A program made the translations under genes and the position numbers. Below, piece by piece: positions 1 to 12,800 of a stretch of DNA of 64,000 nucleotides (positions are counted from its first letter, which is position 1; every line of letters starts with the position of its first letter). Under the pieces are notes generated by a model. That model worked only from the letters and a program-made list of their open reading frames with translations. It was not told the DNA's origin and ran no database searches. The stretch is from NCBI GenBank assembly GCA_040954595.2, contig CM082593.2, positions 10,115,200-10,179,199 of the forward strand, in the 5' to 3' direction. Source of the DNA: Balanoglossus misakiensis. Its lineage: Eukaryota > Animalia > Hemichordata.

Positions 1-1264
1 GACGAAATTTTGAGATTTTGCAAAGTAGAAAATTTGTCATTTTTTAATGATTTTCAACCATGATTTTTTTCAAAAATCGACGAAATTTGGAGATTTTGCA
101 AAGTCGAAAATTTGTCATTTTTTGATTATTTTCAACCATGATTTTTTTCAAAAATCAACGAACCCATGATTTTTTTTCAAAAATCGACAAAATTTTGAGA
201 TTTTGCAAAGTCGAAAATTTGTCATTTTTTGATGATTTTCACCCATGACTTTTTTTCAAAAATTTACGAAATTTTGAGATTTTGCAAAGTCGAAAATTTG
301 TCATTTTTTGATGATTTTCACCCATGATTTTTCTCAAAAATCGACGAAATTTTGAGATTTTGGAAAGTCGAAAATTTGTCACTTTTTGATGATTTTCACC
401 CATAATTTTTTTTCAAAAATTGACGAAATTTTGAGATTTTGCAAAGTCGAAAATTTGTCATTTATTAATGATTTTCACCCATGATTTTTTTTTCAAAAAT
501 AGACAAAATTTTGAGATTTTGCAAAGTCGAAAATTTGTAATTTTTTGATGATTTTCACCCATGGTTTTTTCAAAATTGAACGAACCCATGATTTTTTTCA
601 AAAATCGACGAAATTTTTAGATTTTGCAAAGTCGAAAATTTGTCATTTTTTGATGATTTCCACCCATGATTTTTTTCAAAAATCGACGAAATTTTGAGAT
701 TTTGCAAAGTCGAAAATTTGTCATTTTTTGATGATTTTCACCCATGATTTTTTTCAAAAATCGACGAAATTTTTAGATTTTGCAAAGTCGAAAATTTGTA
801 ATTTTTTGATGATTTTTACCCATGATTTTTTTTTTCAAAAATCGACGAAATTTTGAGATTTTGCAAAGACGAAAATTTGTAATTTTTTGATGATTTTCAC
901 CCATGACTTTTTTTCAAAAATTTACGAAATTTTGAGATTTTGCAAAGTCGAAAATTTGTCATTTTTTGATGATTTTCACCCATGTTTTTTTTTTCAAAAA
1001 TCGACGAAATTTTGAGATTTTGCAAATTCGAAAATTTGTAATTTTTTGATGATTTTCACCCATGTTTTTTTTCAAAAATCAACGAACCCATGATTTTTTT
1101 TCAAAAAAGGACAAAATTTTTAGATTTTGCAAAGTCGAAAATTTGTCATTTTTTGATGATTTTCACCCATGATTTTTCTCAAAAATCGACGAAATTTTGA
1201 GATTTTGCAAAGTCGAAAATTTGTCATTTTTTGATGATTTTCACCCATGATTTTTTTTCAAAAA

Positions 1265-3180
1265 TCGACGAAATTTTGAGATTTTGCAGTAAAAAAATTG
1301 TCATTATTTGATGATTTTCGACCATGATTTTTTTCAAAATTGACGAAATTTTGAGATTTTGCAGTCGAAAATTTGTCATTTTTTGATCATTTTCCCCCAT
1401 GATTTTTTTCAAAAATCGACGAAATTTTCAGATTTTGCAAAGTCGAAAATTTGTCATTTTTTCATGATTTTCACCCATGATTTTTTCAAAAATCGACGAA
1501 ATTTTGAGATTTTGCAAAGTCGAAAATTTGTCATTTTTTGATGATTTTCACCCATGTCTTTTTTCAAAAATCGACGAAATTTTGAGATTTTGCAGTCAAA
1601 AAATTTTCATTTTTTGATGATTTTCAACAATTTTTTTAAAAAATCGACGAAAATTTGAGATTTTGCAGTAAAAAATTTGTCATTTTTTGATGATTTTCAC
1701 CCATGATTTTTTCAAAATTGGCAAAATTTTGAGATTTTGCAAAGTCGAAAATTTGTCATTTTTTGATGATTTTCACCCATGATTTTTTTTCACAAATCGA
1801 CGAAATTTTGAGATTTTGTAGTCGTAAATTTGTCATTTTTTGATGATTTTTACCCATGATTTTTTTTCAAAAATGGACGAAATTTTGAGATTTTGCAAAG
1901 TCGAAAATTTGTTATTTTTTGATGATTTTCACCCATGTCTTTTTTTAAAAATCGACGAAATTTTGAGATTTTGCAAAGAGGAAAATTTGTCATTTTTTCA
2001 TGATTTTCCCCCATGATTTTTTTCAAAAATCGACGAAATTTTGAGATTTTGCAAAGTCGACGAAAATGTGTCATTTTTTTTATGATTTTCACCCGTTTTT
2101 TTTTCAAAATTTGTCATTTTTGATGATTTTTATCCATGATTTTTTTTCAAAAATGGACGAAATTTTGAGATTTTGCAAAGACGAAAATTTGTAATTTTTT
2201 GATGATTTTCACCAATGATTTTTTTTCAAAAAACGACGAAATTTTGAGATTTTGCAGAGGAAAATGTGTCATTTTTTGATGATTTTCACCCGTTTTTTTT
2301 TCAAAATTTGTCATTTTTTGATGATTTTCACCCATGTTTTTTTTTTAAAAATCGACGAACCTATGATTTTTTTCAAAATCGACGAAATTTTGTGATTTTA
2401 CAAAGTCGAAAATTTTGTCATTTTTTGATGATTTTCAACCATGATTTTTTTTCAAAAATCGACGAAAATTTGAGATTTTGCAAAGACGAAAATTTGTCAT
2501 TTTTGATGATTTTTACCCATGATTTTTTTTCAAAAATGGACGAAATTTTGAGATTTTGCAAAGACGAAAATTTGTCATTTTTTGATGATTTTCACCCAAA
2601 GATTTTTTTTCAAAAATCGACGAAATTTTGAGATTTTGCAGAGAGGAAAATTTGTCATTTTTTCATGATTTTCCCCCATGATTTTTTTCAAAAATCGACG
2701 AAATTTTGAGATTTTGCAAAGTCGAAAATTTGTCATTTTTTGATGATTTTCACCCACGATTTTTTCAAAAATTGACGAAATTTTGAGATTTTGCAAAGTC
2801 GAAAATTTGTCATTTTTTGATGATTTTCACCCACGATTTTTTCAAAAATTGACGAAATGTTGAGATTTTGCAAAGTCGAAAATTTGTCATTTTTTGATGA
2901 TTTTCACCCATGATTTTTTTCAAAGATGGACGAAATTTTGAGATTTTGCAAAGACGAAAATTTGTCATTTTTTCATGATTTTCCCCCATGATTTTTTTCA
3001 AAAATCGTCGAAATTTTGAGATTTTGCAAAGTCGAAAATTTTGTCATTTTTTGATGATTTTCAACAATGATTTTTTTTCAAAAATCGACGAAAATTTGAG
3101 ATTTTGCAAAGATGAAAATTTGTCATTTTTGATGATTTTTACCCATAATTTTTTTTCAGAAATGGACGAAATTTTGAGAT
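1265..3180. repeat. Diverged (degenerate) sub-block of the 78-bp satellite
   Basis: Monomers carry variants rare or absent elsewhere: GCAGTAAAAA, GCAGTCG, GCAAAGAGG, AAATGGACG, TTTCCCCCATG, CACCCACG. There are also internal deletions CACCCG(T)nCAAAATTTGTC at ~2091 and ~2287. Confidence 0.85.
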
Positions 3181-6100
3181 TTTGCAAAGTCGAAAATTTG
3201 TCATTTATTAATGATTTTCACCCATGATTTTTTTTCAAAAATCGACAAAATTTTGAGATTTTGCAAAGTCGAAAATTTGTAATTTTTTGATGATTTTCAC
3301 CCATGTTTTTTTTCAAAATTGAACGAACCCATGATTTTTTTCAAAAATCTACGAAATTTTGAGATTTTGCAAAGTCGAAAATTTGTCATTTTTTGATGAT
3401 TTTCACCCATGATTTTTTTCAAAAATCGACGAAATTTTGAGATTTTGCAAATTCGAAAATTTGTAATTTTTTGATGATTTTCACCCATGTTTTTTTTCAA
3501 AAATCAACGAACCCATGATTTTTTTTTCAAAAATCGACGAAATTTTGAGATTTTGCAAAGACGAAAATTTGTAATTTTTTGATGATTTTCACCCATGACT
3601 TTTTTTCAAAAATTTACGAAATTTTGAGATTTTGCAAAGTCGAAAATTTGTCATTTTTTGATGATTTTCACCCATGATTTTTCTCAAAAAAAGACGAAAT
3701 TTTGAGATTTTGGAAAGTCGAAAATTTGTCATTTTTTGATGATTTTCACCCATGATTTTTTTTCAAAAATTGACGAAATTTTGAGATTTTGCAAAGTCGA
3801 AAATTTGTAATTTTTTGATGATTTTCACCCATGTTTTTTTCAAAATTGAACGAACCCATGATTTTTTTCAAAAATCGACGAAATTTTTAGATTTTGCAAA
3901 GTCGAAAATTTGTCATTTTTTGATGATTTTCACCCATGATTTTTTTCAAAAATCGACGAAATTTTGAGATTTTGCAAAGTCGAAAATTTGTCATCTTTTG
4001 ATGTTTTTCACCCAAGACTTTTTTTTCAAAAATTTACGAAATTTTGAGATTTTGCAAAGTCGAAAATTTGTCATTTTTTGATGATTTTCACCCATGTTTT
4101 TTTTTTCAAAAATCGACGAAATTTTGAGATTTTGCAAATTCGAAAATTTGTAATTTTTTGATGATTTTCACCCATGTTTTTTTTCAAAAATCAACGAACC
4201 CATGATTTTTTTTCAAAAGAGGACAAAATTTTGAGATTTTGCAAAGTCGAAAATTTGTCATTTTTTGATGATTTTCACCCATGATTTTTTTCAAAAATCG
4301 ACGAAATTTTGAGATTTTGCAAAGTCGAAAAGTTGTCATTTTTTGATGATTTTCACCCATGATTTTTTTTCAAAAATCGACGAAATTTTGAGATTTTGCA
4401 AAGTCGAAAATTTGTCATTTATTAATGATTTTCACCCATGATTTTTTTTCAAAAATCGACAAAATTTTGAAATTTTGCAAAGTCGAAAATTTGTAATTTT
4501 TTGATGATTTTCACCCATGTTTTTTTTCAAAATTGAACGAACCCATGATTTTTTTCAAAAATCGACGAAATTTTGAGATTTTGCAAAGTCGAAAATTTGT
4601 CATTTTTTGATGATTTTCACCATGATTTTTTTTTAAAAATCGACGAAATTTTGAGATTTTGCAAAGACGAAAATTTGTCATTTTTTGATGATTTTCACCC
4701 ATGTTTTTTTTCAAAAATCAACGAACCCATGATTTTTTTTCAAAAAAGGACAAAATTTTGAGATTTTGCAAAGTCGAAAATTTGTCATTTTTTGATGATT
4801 TTCACCCATGATTTTTTTTCAAAAATTGACGAAATTTTGAGATTTTGCAAAGTCGAAAATTTGTAATTTTTTGATGATTTTCACCCATGTTTTTTTTCAA
4901 AATTGAACGAACCCATGATTTTTTTCAAAAATCGACGAAATTTTTAGATTTTGCAAAGTCGAAAATTTGTCATTTTTTGATGATTTTCACCCATGATTTT
5001 TTTCAAAAATCGACGAAATTTTGAGATTTTGCAAAGTCGAAAATTTGTCATTTTTTTATGATTTTCACCCAAGACTTTTTTTCAAAAATTTACGAAATTT
5101 TGAGATTTTGCAAAGTCGAAAATTTGTCATTTTTTGATGATTTTCACCCATGTTTTTTTTTTTCAAAAATCGACGAAATTTTGAGATTTTGCAAATTCGA
5201 AAATTTTTAATTTTTTGATGATTTTCACCCATGTTTTTTTTCAAAAATCAACGAACCCATGATTTTTTTTCAAAAGAGGACAACATTTTGAGATTTTGCA
5301 AAGTCGAAAATTTGTCATTTTTTGATGATTTTCACCCATGATTTTTTTTCAAAAATCGACGAAATTTTGAGATTTTGCAAAGTCGAAAATTTGTCATTTT
5401 TTGATGATTTTCACCCATGATTTTTTTTCAAAAATCGACGAAATTTTGAGATTTTGCAAAGTCGAAAATTTGTCATTTATTAATGATTTTCACCCATGAT
5501 TTTTTTTCAAAAATCGACAAAATTTTGAGATTTTGCAAAGTCGAAAATTTGTAATTTTTTGATGATTTTCACCCATGTTTTTTTTCAAAATTGAACGAAC
5601 CCATGATTTTTTTCAAAAATCGACGAAATTTTGAGATTTTGCAAAGTCGAAAATTTGTCATTTTTTGATGATTTTCACCCATGATTTTTTTCAAAAATCG
5701 ACAAAATTTTTAGATTTTGCAAAGTCGAAAATTTGTCATTTTTTGATTATTTTCACCCATGATTTTTTTCAAAAATCGACAAAATTTTTAGATTTTGCAA
5801 AGTCGAAAATTTGTCATTTTTTGATGATTTTCACCATGATTTTTTTTTAAAAATCGACGAAATTTTGAGATTTTGCAAAGACGAAAATTTGTCATTTTTT
5901 GATGATTTTCACCCATGTTTTTTTCAAAAATCAACGAACCCATGATTTTTTTTCAAAAAAGGACAAAATTTTGAGATTTTGCAAAGTCGAAAATTTGTCA
6001 TTTATTAATGATTTTCACCCATGATTTTTTTTCAAAAATCGACAAAATTTTGAGATTTTGCAAAGTCGAAAATTTGTCATTTTTTGATGATTTTCACCCA

Positions 6101-6899
6101 TGATTTTTTTCAAAAGTCGACGAAATTTTGAGATTTTGCAAAGACAAATTTTTTTCATTTTTTGATGATTTTCACCCGTGATTTTTTTCAAAAATAGACA
6201 AAATTTTGAGATTTTGCAAAGTCGAAAATTTGTAATTTTTTGATGATTTTCACCCATGTTTTTTTTCAAAATTGAACGAACCCATGATTTTTTTCAAAAA
6301 TCGACGAAATTTTGAGATTTTGCAAAGTCGAAAATTTGTCATTTTTTGATGATTTTCACCCATGATTTTTTTCAAAAATCGACGAAATTTTGAGATTTTG
6401 CAAAGTCGAAAATTTGTCATTTTTTGATGATTTTCACCCATGATTTTTTTCAAAAATCGACAAAATTTCTAGATTTTGCAAAGTCGAAAATTTGTCATTT
6501 TTTGATTATTTTCACCCATGATTTTTTTCAAAAATCGACAAAATTTTTAGATTTTGCAAAGTCGAAAATTTGTCATTTTTTGATGATTTTCACCATGATT
6601 TTTTTTTAAAAATCGACGAAATTTTGAGATTTTGCAAAGACGAAAATTTGTCATTTTTTGATGATTTTCACCCATGTTTTTTTTCAAAAATCAACGAACC
6701 CATGATTTTTTTTCAAAAAAGGACAAAATTTTGAGATTTTGCAAAGTCGAAAATTTGTCATTTATTAATGATTTTCACCCATGATTTTTTTTCAAAAATC
6801 GACAAAATTTTGAGATTTTGCAAAGTCGAAAATTTGTAATTTTTTGATGATTTTCACCCATGTTTTTTTCAAAATTGAACGAACCCATGATTTTTTTCA

Positions 6900-9800
6900 A
6901 AAATCGACGAAATTTTGAGATTTTGCAAAGTCGAAAATTTGTCATTTTTTGATGATTTTCACCCATGATTTTTTTCAAAAATCGACGAAATTTTGAGATT
7001 TTGCAAAGTCGAAAATTTGTCATTTTTTGATGATTTTCACCCATGATTTTTTTCAAAAATCGACAAAATTTCTAGATTTTGCAAAGTCGAAAATTTGTCA
7101 TTTTTTGATTATTTTCACCCATGATTTTTTTCAAAAATCGACAAAATTTTTAGATTTTGCAAAGTCGAAAATTTGTCATTTTTTGATGATTTTCACCATG
7201 ATTTTTTTTTAAAAATCGACGAAATTTTGAGATTTTGCAAAGACGAAAATTTGTCATTTTTTGATGATTTTCACCCATGTTTTTTTTCAAAAATCAACGA
7301 ACCCATGATTTTTTTTCAAAAAAGGACAAAATTTTGAGATTTTGCAAAGTCGAAAATTTGTCATTTATTAATGATTTTCACCCATGATTTTTTTTCAAAA
7401 ATCGACAAAATTTTGAGATTTTGCAAAGTCGAAAATTTGTAATTTTTTGATGATTTTCACCCATGTTTTTTTCAAAATTGAACGAACCCATGATTTTTTT
7501 CAAAAATCGACGAAATTTTGAGATTTTGCAAGTCGAAAATTTGTCATTTTTTGATGATTTTCACCCATGATTTTTTTCAAAAATCGACAAAATTTTTAGA
7601 TTTTGCAAAGTCGAAAATTTGTCATTTTTTGATTATTTTCACCCATGATTTTTTTCAAAAATCGACAAAATTTTTAGATTTTGCAAAGTCGAAAATTTGT
7701 CATTTTTTGATGATTTTCACCATGATTTTTTTTTAAAAATCGACGAAATTTTGAGATTTTGCAAAGACGAAAATTTGTCATTTTTTGATGATTTTCACCC
7801 ATGTTTTTTTTCAAAAATCAACGAACCCATGATTTTTTTTCAAAAAAGGACAAAATTTTGAGATTTTGCAAAGTCGAAAATTTGTCATTTATTAATGATT
7901 TTCACCCATGATTTTTTTTCAAAAATCGACAAAATTTTGAGATTTTGCAAAGTCGAAAATTTGTAATTTTTTGATGATTTTCACCCATGTTTTTTTCAAA
8001 ATTGAACGAACCCATGATTTTTTTCAAAAATCGACGAAATTTTGAGATTTTGCAAAGTCGAAAATTTGTCATTTTTTGATGATTTTCACCCATGATTTTT
8101 TTCAAAAATCGACAAAATTTTTAGATTTTGCAAAGTCGAAAATTTGTCATTTTTTGATTATTTTCACCCATGATTTTTTTCAAAAATCGACAAAATTTTT
8201 AGATTTTGCAAAGTCGAAAATTTGTCATTTTTTGATGATTTTCACCATGATTTTTTTTTTAAAAATCGACGAAATTTTGAGATTTTGCAAAGACGAAAAT
8301 TTGTCATTTTTTGATGATTTTCACCCATGATTTTTTTTCAAAAATGTACGAAATTTTGAGATTTTGCAAAGTCGAAAATTTGTCGTTTTTTGATGATTTT
8401 CACCCATGATTTTTTTCAAAAATCGACAAAATTTTGAGATTTTGCAAAGACGAAAATTTGTCATTTTTTGATGATTTTCACCCATGATTTTTTTCAAAAG
8501 TCGACGAAATTTTGAGATTTTGCAAAGACAAAATTTTTTCATTTTTTGATGATTTTCACCAGTGATTTTTTTCAAAAATAGACAAAATTTTAAGATTTTG
8601 CAAAGTCGAAAATTTGTAATTTTTTGATGATTTTCACCCATGTTTTTTTTCAAAATTGAACGAACCCAAGATTTTTTTCAAAAATCGACGAAATTTTGAG
8701 ATTTTGCAAAGTCGAAAATTTGTCATTTTTTGATGATTTTCACCCATGATTTTTTTCAAAAATCGACGAAATTTTGAGATTTTGCAAAGTCGAAAATTTG
8801 TCATTTTTTGATGATTTTCACCCGACTTTTTTTCAAAAATTTACGAAATTTTGAGATTTTGCAAAGTCGAAAATTTGTCATTTTTTGATGATTTTCACCC
8901 ATGTTTTTTTTTTTCAAAAATCGACGAAATTTTGAGATTTTGCAAATTCGAAAATTTGTAATTTTTTGATGATTTTCACCCATGATTTTTTTCAAAAGTC
9001 GACGAAATTTTGAGATTTTGCAAAGACAAAATTTTTTCATTTTTTGATGATTTTCACCCGTGATTTTTTTCAAAAATAGACAAAATTTTAAGATTTTGCA
9101 AAGTCGAAAATTTGTAATTTTTTGATGATTTTCACCCATGTTTTTTTTCAAAATTGAACGAACCCAAGATTTTTTTCAAAAATCGACGAAATTTTGAGAT
9201 TTTGCAAAGTCGAAAATTTGTCATTTTTTGATGATTTTCACCCATGATTTTTTTCAAAAATCGACGAAATTTTGAGATTTTGCAAAGTCGAAAATTTGTC
9301 ATTTTTTGATGATTTTCACCCAAGACTTTTTTTCAAAAATTTACGAAATTTTGAGATTTTGCAAAGTCGAAAATTTGTCATTTTTTGATGATTTTCACCC
9401 ATGTTTTTTTTTTTCAAAAATCGACGAAATTTTGAGATTTTGCAAATTCGAAAATTTGTAATTTTTTGATGATTTTCACCCATGTTTTTTTTCAAAAATC
9501 AACGAACCCATGATTTTTTTTCAAAAGAGGACAAAATTTTGAGATTTTGCAAAGTCGAAAATTTGTCATTTTTTGATGATTTTCACCCATGATTTTTTTC
9601 AAAAATCGACGAAATTTTGAGATTTTGCAAAGTCGAAAATTTGTCATTTTTTGATGATTTTCACCCTTAATTTTTTTTCAAAAATCGACGAAATTTTGAG
9701 ATTTTGCAAAGTCGAAAATTTGTCATTTATTAATGATTTTCACCCATGATTTTTTTTCAAAAATCGACAAAATTTTGAGATTTTGCAAAGTCGAAAATTT

Positions 9801-12800
9801 GTAATTTTTTGATGATTTTCACCCATGTTTTTTTTCAAAATTTAACGAACCCATGATTTTTTTCAAAAATCGACGAAATTTTGAGATTTTGCAAAGTCGA
9901 AAATTTGTCATTTTTTGATGATTTTCACCCATGATTTTTTTCAAAAATCGACAAAATTTTTAGATTTTGCAAAGTCGAAAATTTGTCATTTTTTGATTAT
10001 TTTCACCCATGATTTTTTTCAAAAATCGACAAAATTTTTAGATTTTGCAAAGTCGAAAATTTGTCATTTTTTGATGATTTTCACCATGATTTTTTTTTAA
10101 AAATCGACGAAATTTTGTGATTTTGCAAAGACGAAAATTTGTCATTTTTTGATGATTTTCACCCATGTTTTTTTTCAAAAATCAACGAACCCATGATTTT
10201 TTTTCAAAAAAGGACAAAATTTTGAGATTTTGCAAAGTCGAAAATTTGTCATTTTTTGATGATTTTCACCCATGATTTTTCTCAAAAATCGACGAAATTT
10301 TGAGATTTTGCAAAGTCGAAAATTTGTCATTTTTTGATGATTTTCACCCATGATTTTTTTTCAAAAATCGACGAAATTTTGAGATTTTGCAAAGTCGAAA
10401 ATTTGTCATTTATTAATGATTTTCACCCATGATTTTTTTTCAAAAATCGACAAAATTTTGAGATTTTGCAAAGTCGAAAATTTGTAATTTTTTGATGATT
10501 TCACCCATGTTTTTTTTCAAAATTGAACGAACCCATGATTTTTTTCAAAAATCGACGAAATTTTGAGATTTTGCAAAGTCGAAAATTTGTCATTTTTTGA
10601 TGATTTTCACCCATGATTTTTTTCAAAAATCGACAAAATTTTTAGATTTTGCAAAGTCGAAAATTTGTCATTTTTTGATTATTTTCACCCATGATTTTTT
10701 TCAAAAATCGACAAAATTTTTAGATTTTGCAAAGTCGAAAATTTGTCATTTTTGATGATTTTCACCATGATTTTTTTTTAAAAATCGACGAAATTTTGAG
10801 ATTTTGCAAAGACGAAAATTTGTCATTTTTTGATGATTTTCACCCATGTTTTTTTTCAAAAATCAACGAACCCATGATTTTTTTTCAAAAAAGGACAAAA
10901 TTTTGAGATTTTGCAAAGTCGAAAATTTGTCATTTATTAATGATTTTCACCCATGATTTTTTTTCAAAAATGTACGAAATTTTGAGATTTTACAAAGTCG
11001 AAAATTTGTCGTTTTTTGATGATTTTCACCCATGATTTTTTTCAAAAATCGACAAAATTTTGAGATTTTGCAAAGACGAAAATTTGTCATTTTTTGATGA
11101 TTTTCACCCATGATTTTTTTCAAAAGTCGACGAAATTTTGAGATTTTGCAAAGACAAATTTTTTTCATTTTTTGATGATTTTCACCCGTGATTTTTTTCA
11201 AAAATAGACAAAATTTTGAGATTTTGCAAAGTCGAAAATTTGTAATTTTTTGATGATTTTCACTCATGTTTTTTTTCAAAATTGAACGAACCCATGATTT
11301 TTTTCAAAAATCGACGAAATTTTGAGATTTTGCAAAGTCGAAAATTTGTCATTTTTTGATGATTTTCACCCATGATTTTTTTCAAAAATCGACGAAATTT
11401 TGAGATTTTGCAAAGTGGAAAATTTGTCATTTTTTGATGATTTTCACCCAAGACTTTTTTTCAAAAATTTACGAAATTTTGAGATTTTGCAAAGTCGAAA
11501 ATTTGTCATTTTTTGATGATTTTCACCCATGTTTTTTTTTTTCAAAAATCGACGAAATTTTGAGATTTTGCAAATTCGAAAATTTGTAATTTTTTGATGA
11601 TTTTCACCCATGTTTTTTTTCAAAAATCAACGAACCCATGATTTTTTTTCAAAAGAGGACAAAATTTTGAGATTTTGCAAAGTCGAAAATTTGTCATTTT
11701 TTGATGATTTTGACCCATGATTTTTTTCAAAAATCGACGAAATTTTGAGATTTTGCAAAGTCGAAAATTTGTCATTTTTTGATGATTTTCACCCATGATT
11801 TTTTTTCAAAAATCGACGAAATTTTTAGATTTTGCAAAGTCGAAAATTTGTCATTTATTAATGATTTTCACCCATGATTTTTTTTCAAAAATCGACAAAA
11901 TTTTGAGATTTTGCAAAGTCGAAAATTTGTAAATTTTTGATGATTTTCACCCATGTTTTTTTTCAAAATTGAACGAACCCATGATTTGTTTCAAAAATCG
12001 ACGAAATTTTGAGATTTTGCAAAGTCGAAAATTTGTCATTTTTTGATGATTTTCACCCATGATTTTTTTCAAAAATCGACAAAATTTTTAGATTTTGCAA
12101 AGTCGAAAATTTGTCATTTTTTGATTATTTTCACCCATGATTTTTTTCAAAAATCGACAAAATATTTAGATTTTGCAAAGTCGAAAATTTGTCATTTTTT
12201 GATGATTTTCACCATGATTTTTTTTTAAAAATCGACGAAATTTTGAGATTTTGCAAAGACGAAAATTTGTCATTTTTTAATGATTTTCACCCATGTTTTT
12301 TTTCAAAAATAAACGAACCCATGATTTTTTTTCAAAAAAGGACAAAATTTTGAGATTTTGCAAAGTCGAAAATTTGTCATTTTTTGATGATTTTCACCCA
12401 TGATTTTTCTCAAAAATCGACGAAATTTTGAGATTTTGCAAAGTCGAAAATTTGTCATTTATTGATGATTTTCACCCATGATTTTTTTTCAAAAATCGAC
12501 GAAATTTTGAGATTTTGCAAAGTCGAAAATTTGTCATTTATTAATGATTTTCACCCATGATTTTTTTTCAAAAATCGACAAAATTTTGAGATTTTGCAAA
12601 GTCGAAAATTTGTAATTTTTTGATGATTTTCACCCATGGTTTTTTTCAAAATTGAACGAACCCATGATTTTTTTCAAAAATCGACGAAATTTTGAGATTT
12701 TGCAAAGTCGAAAATTTGTCATTTTTTGATGATTTTCACCCATGATTTTTTTCAAAAATCGAAAAAATTTTTAGATTTTGCAAAGTCGAAAATTTGTCAT

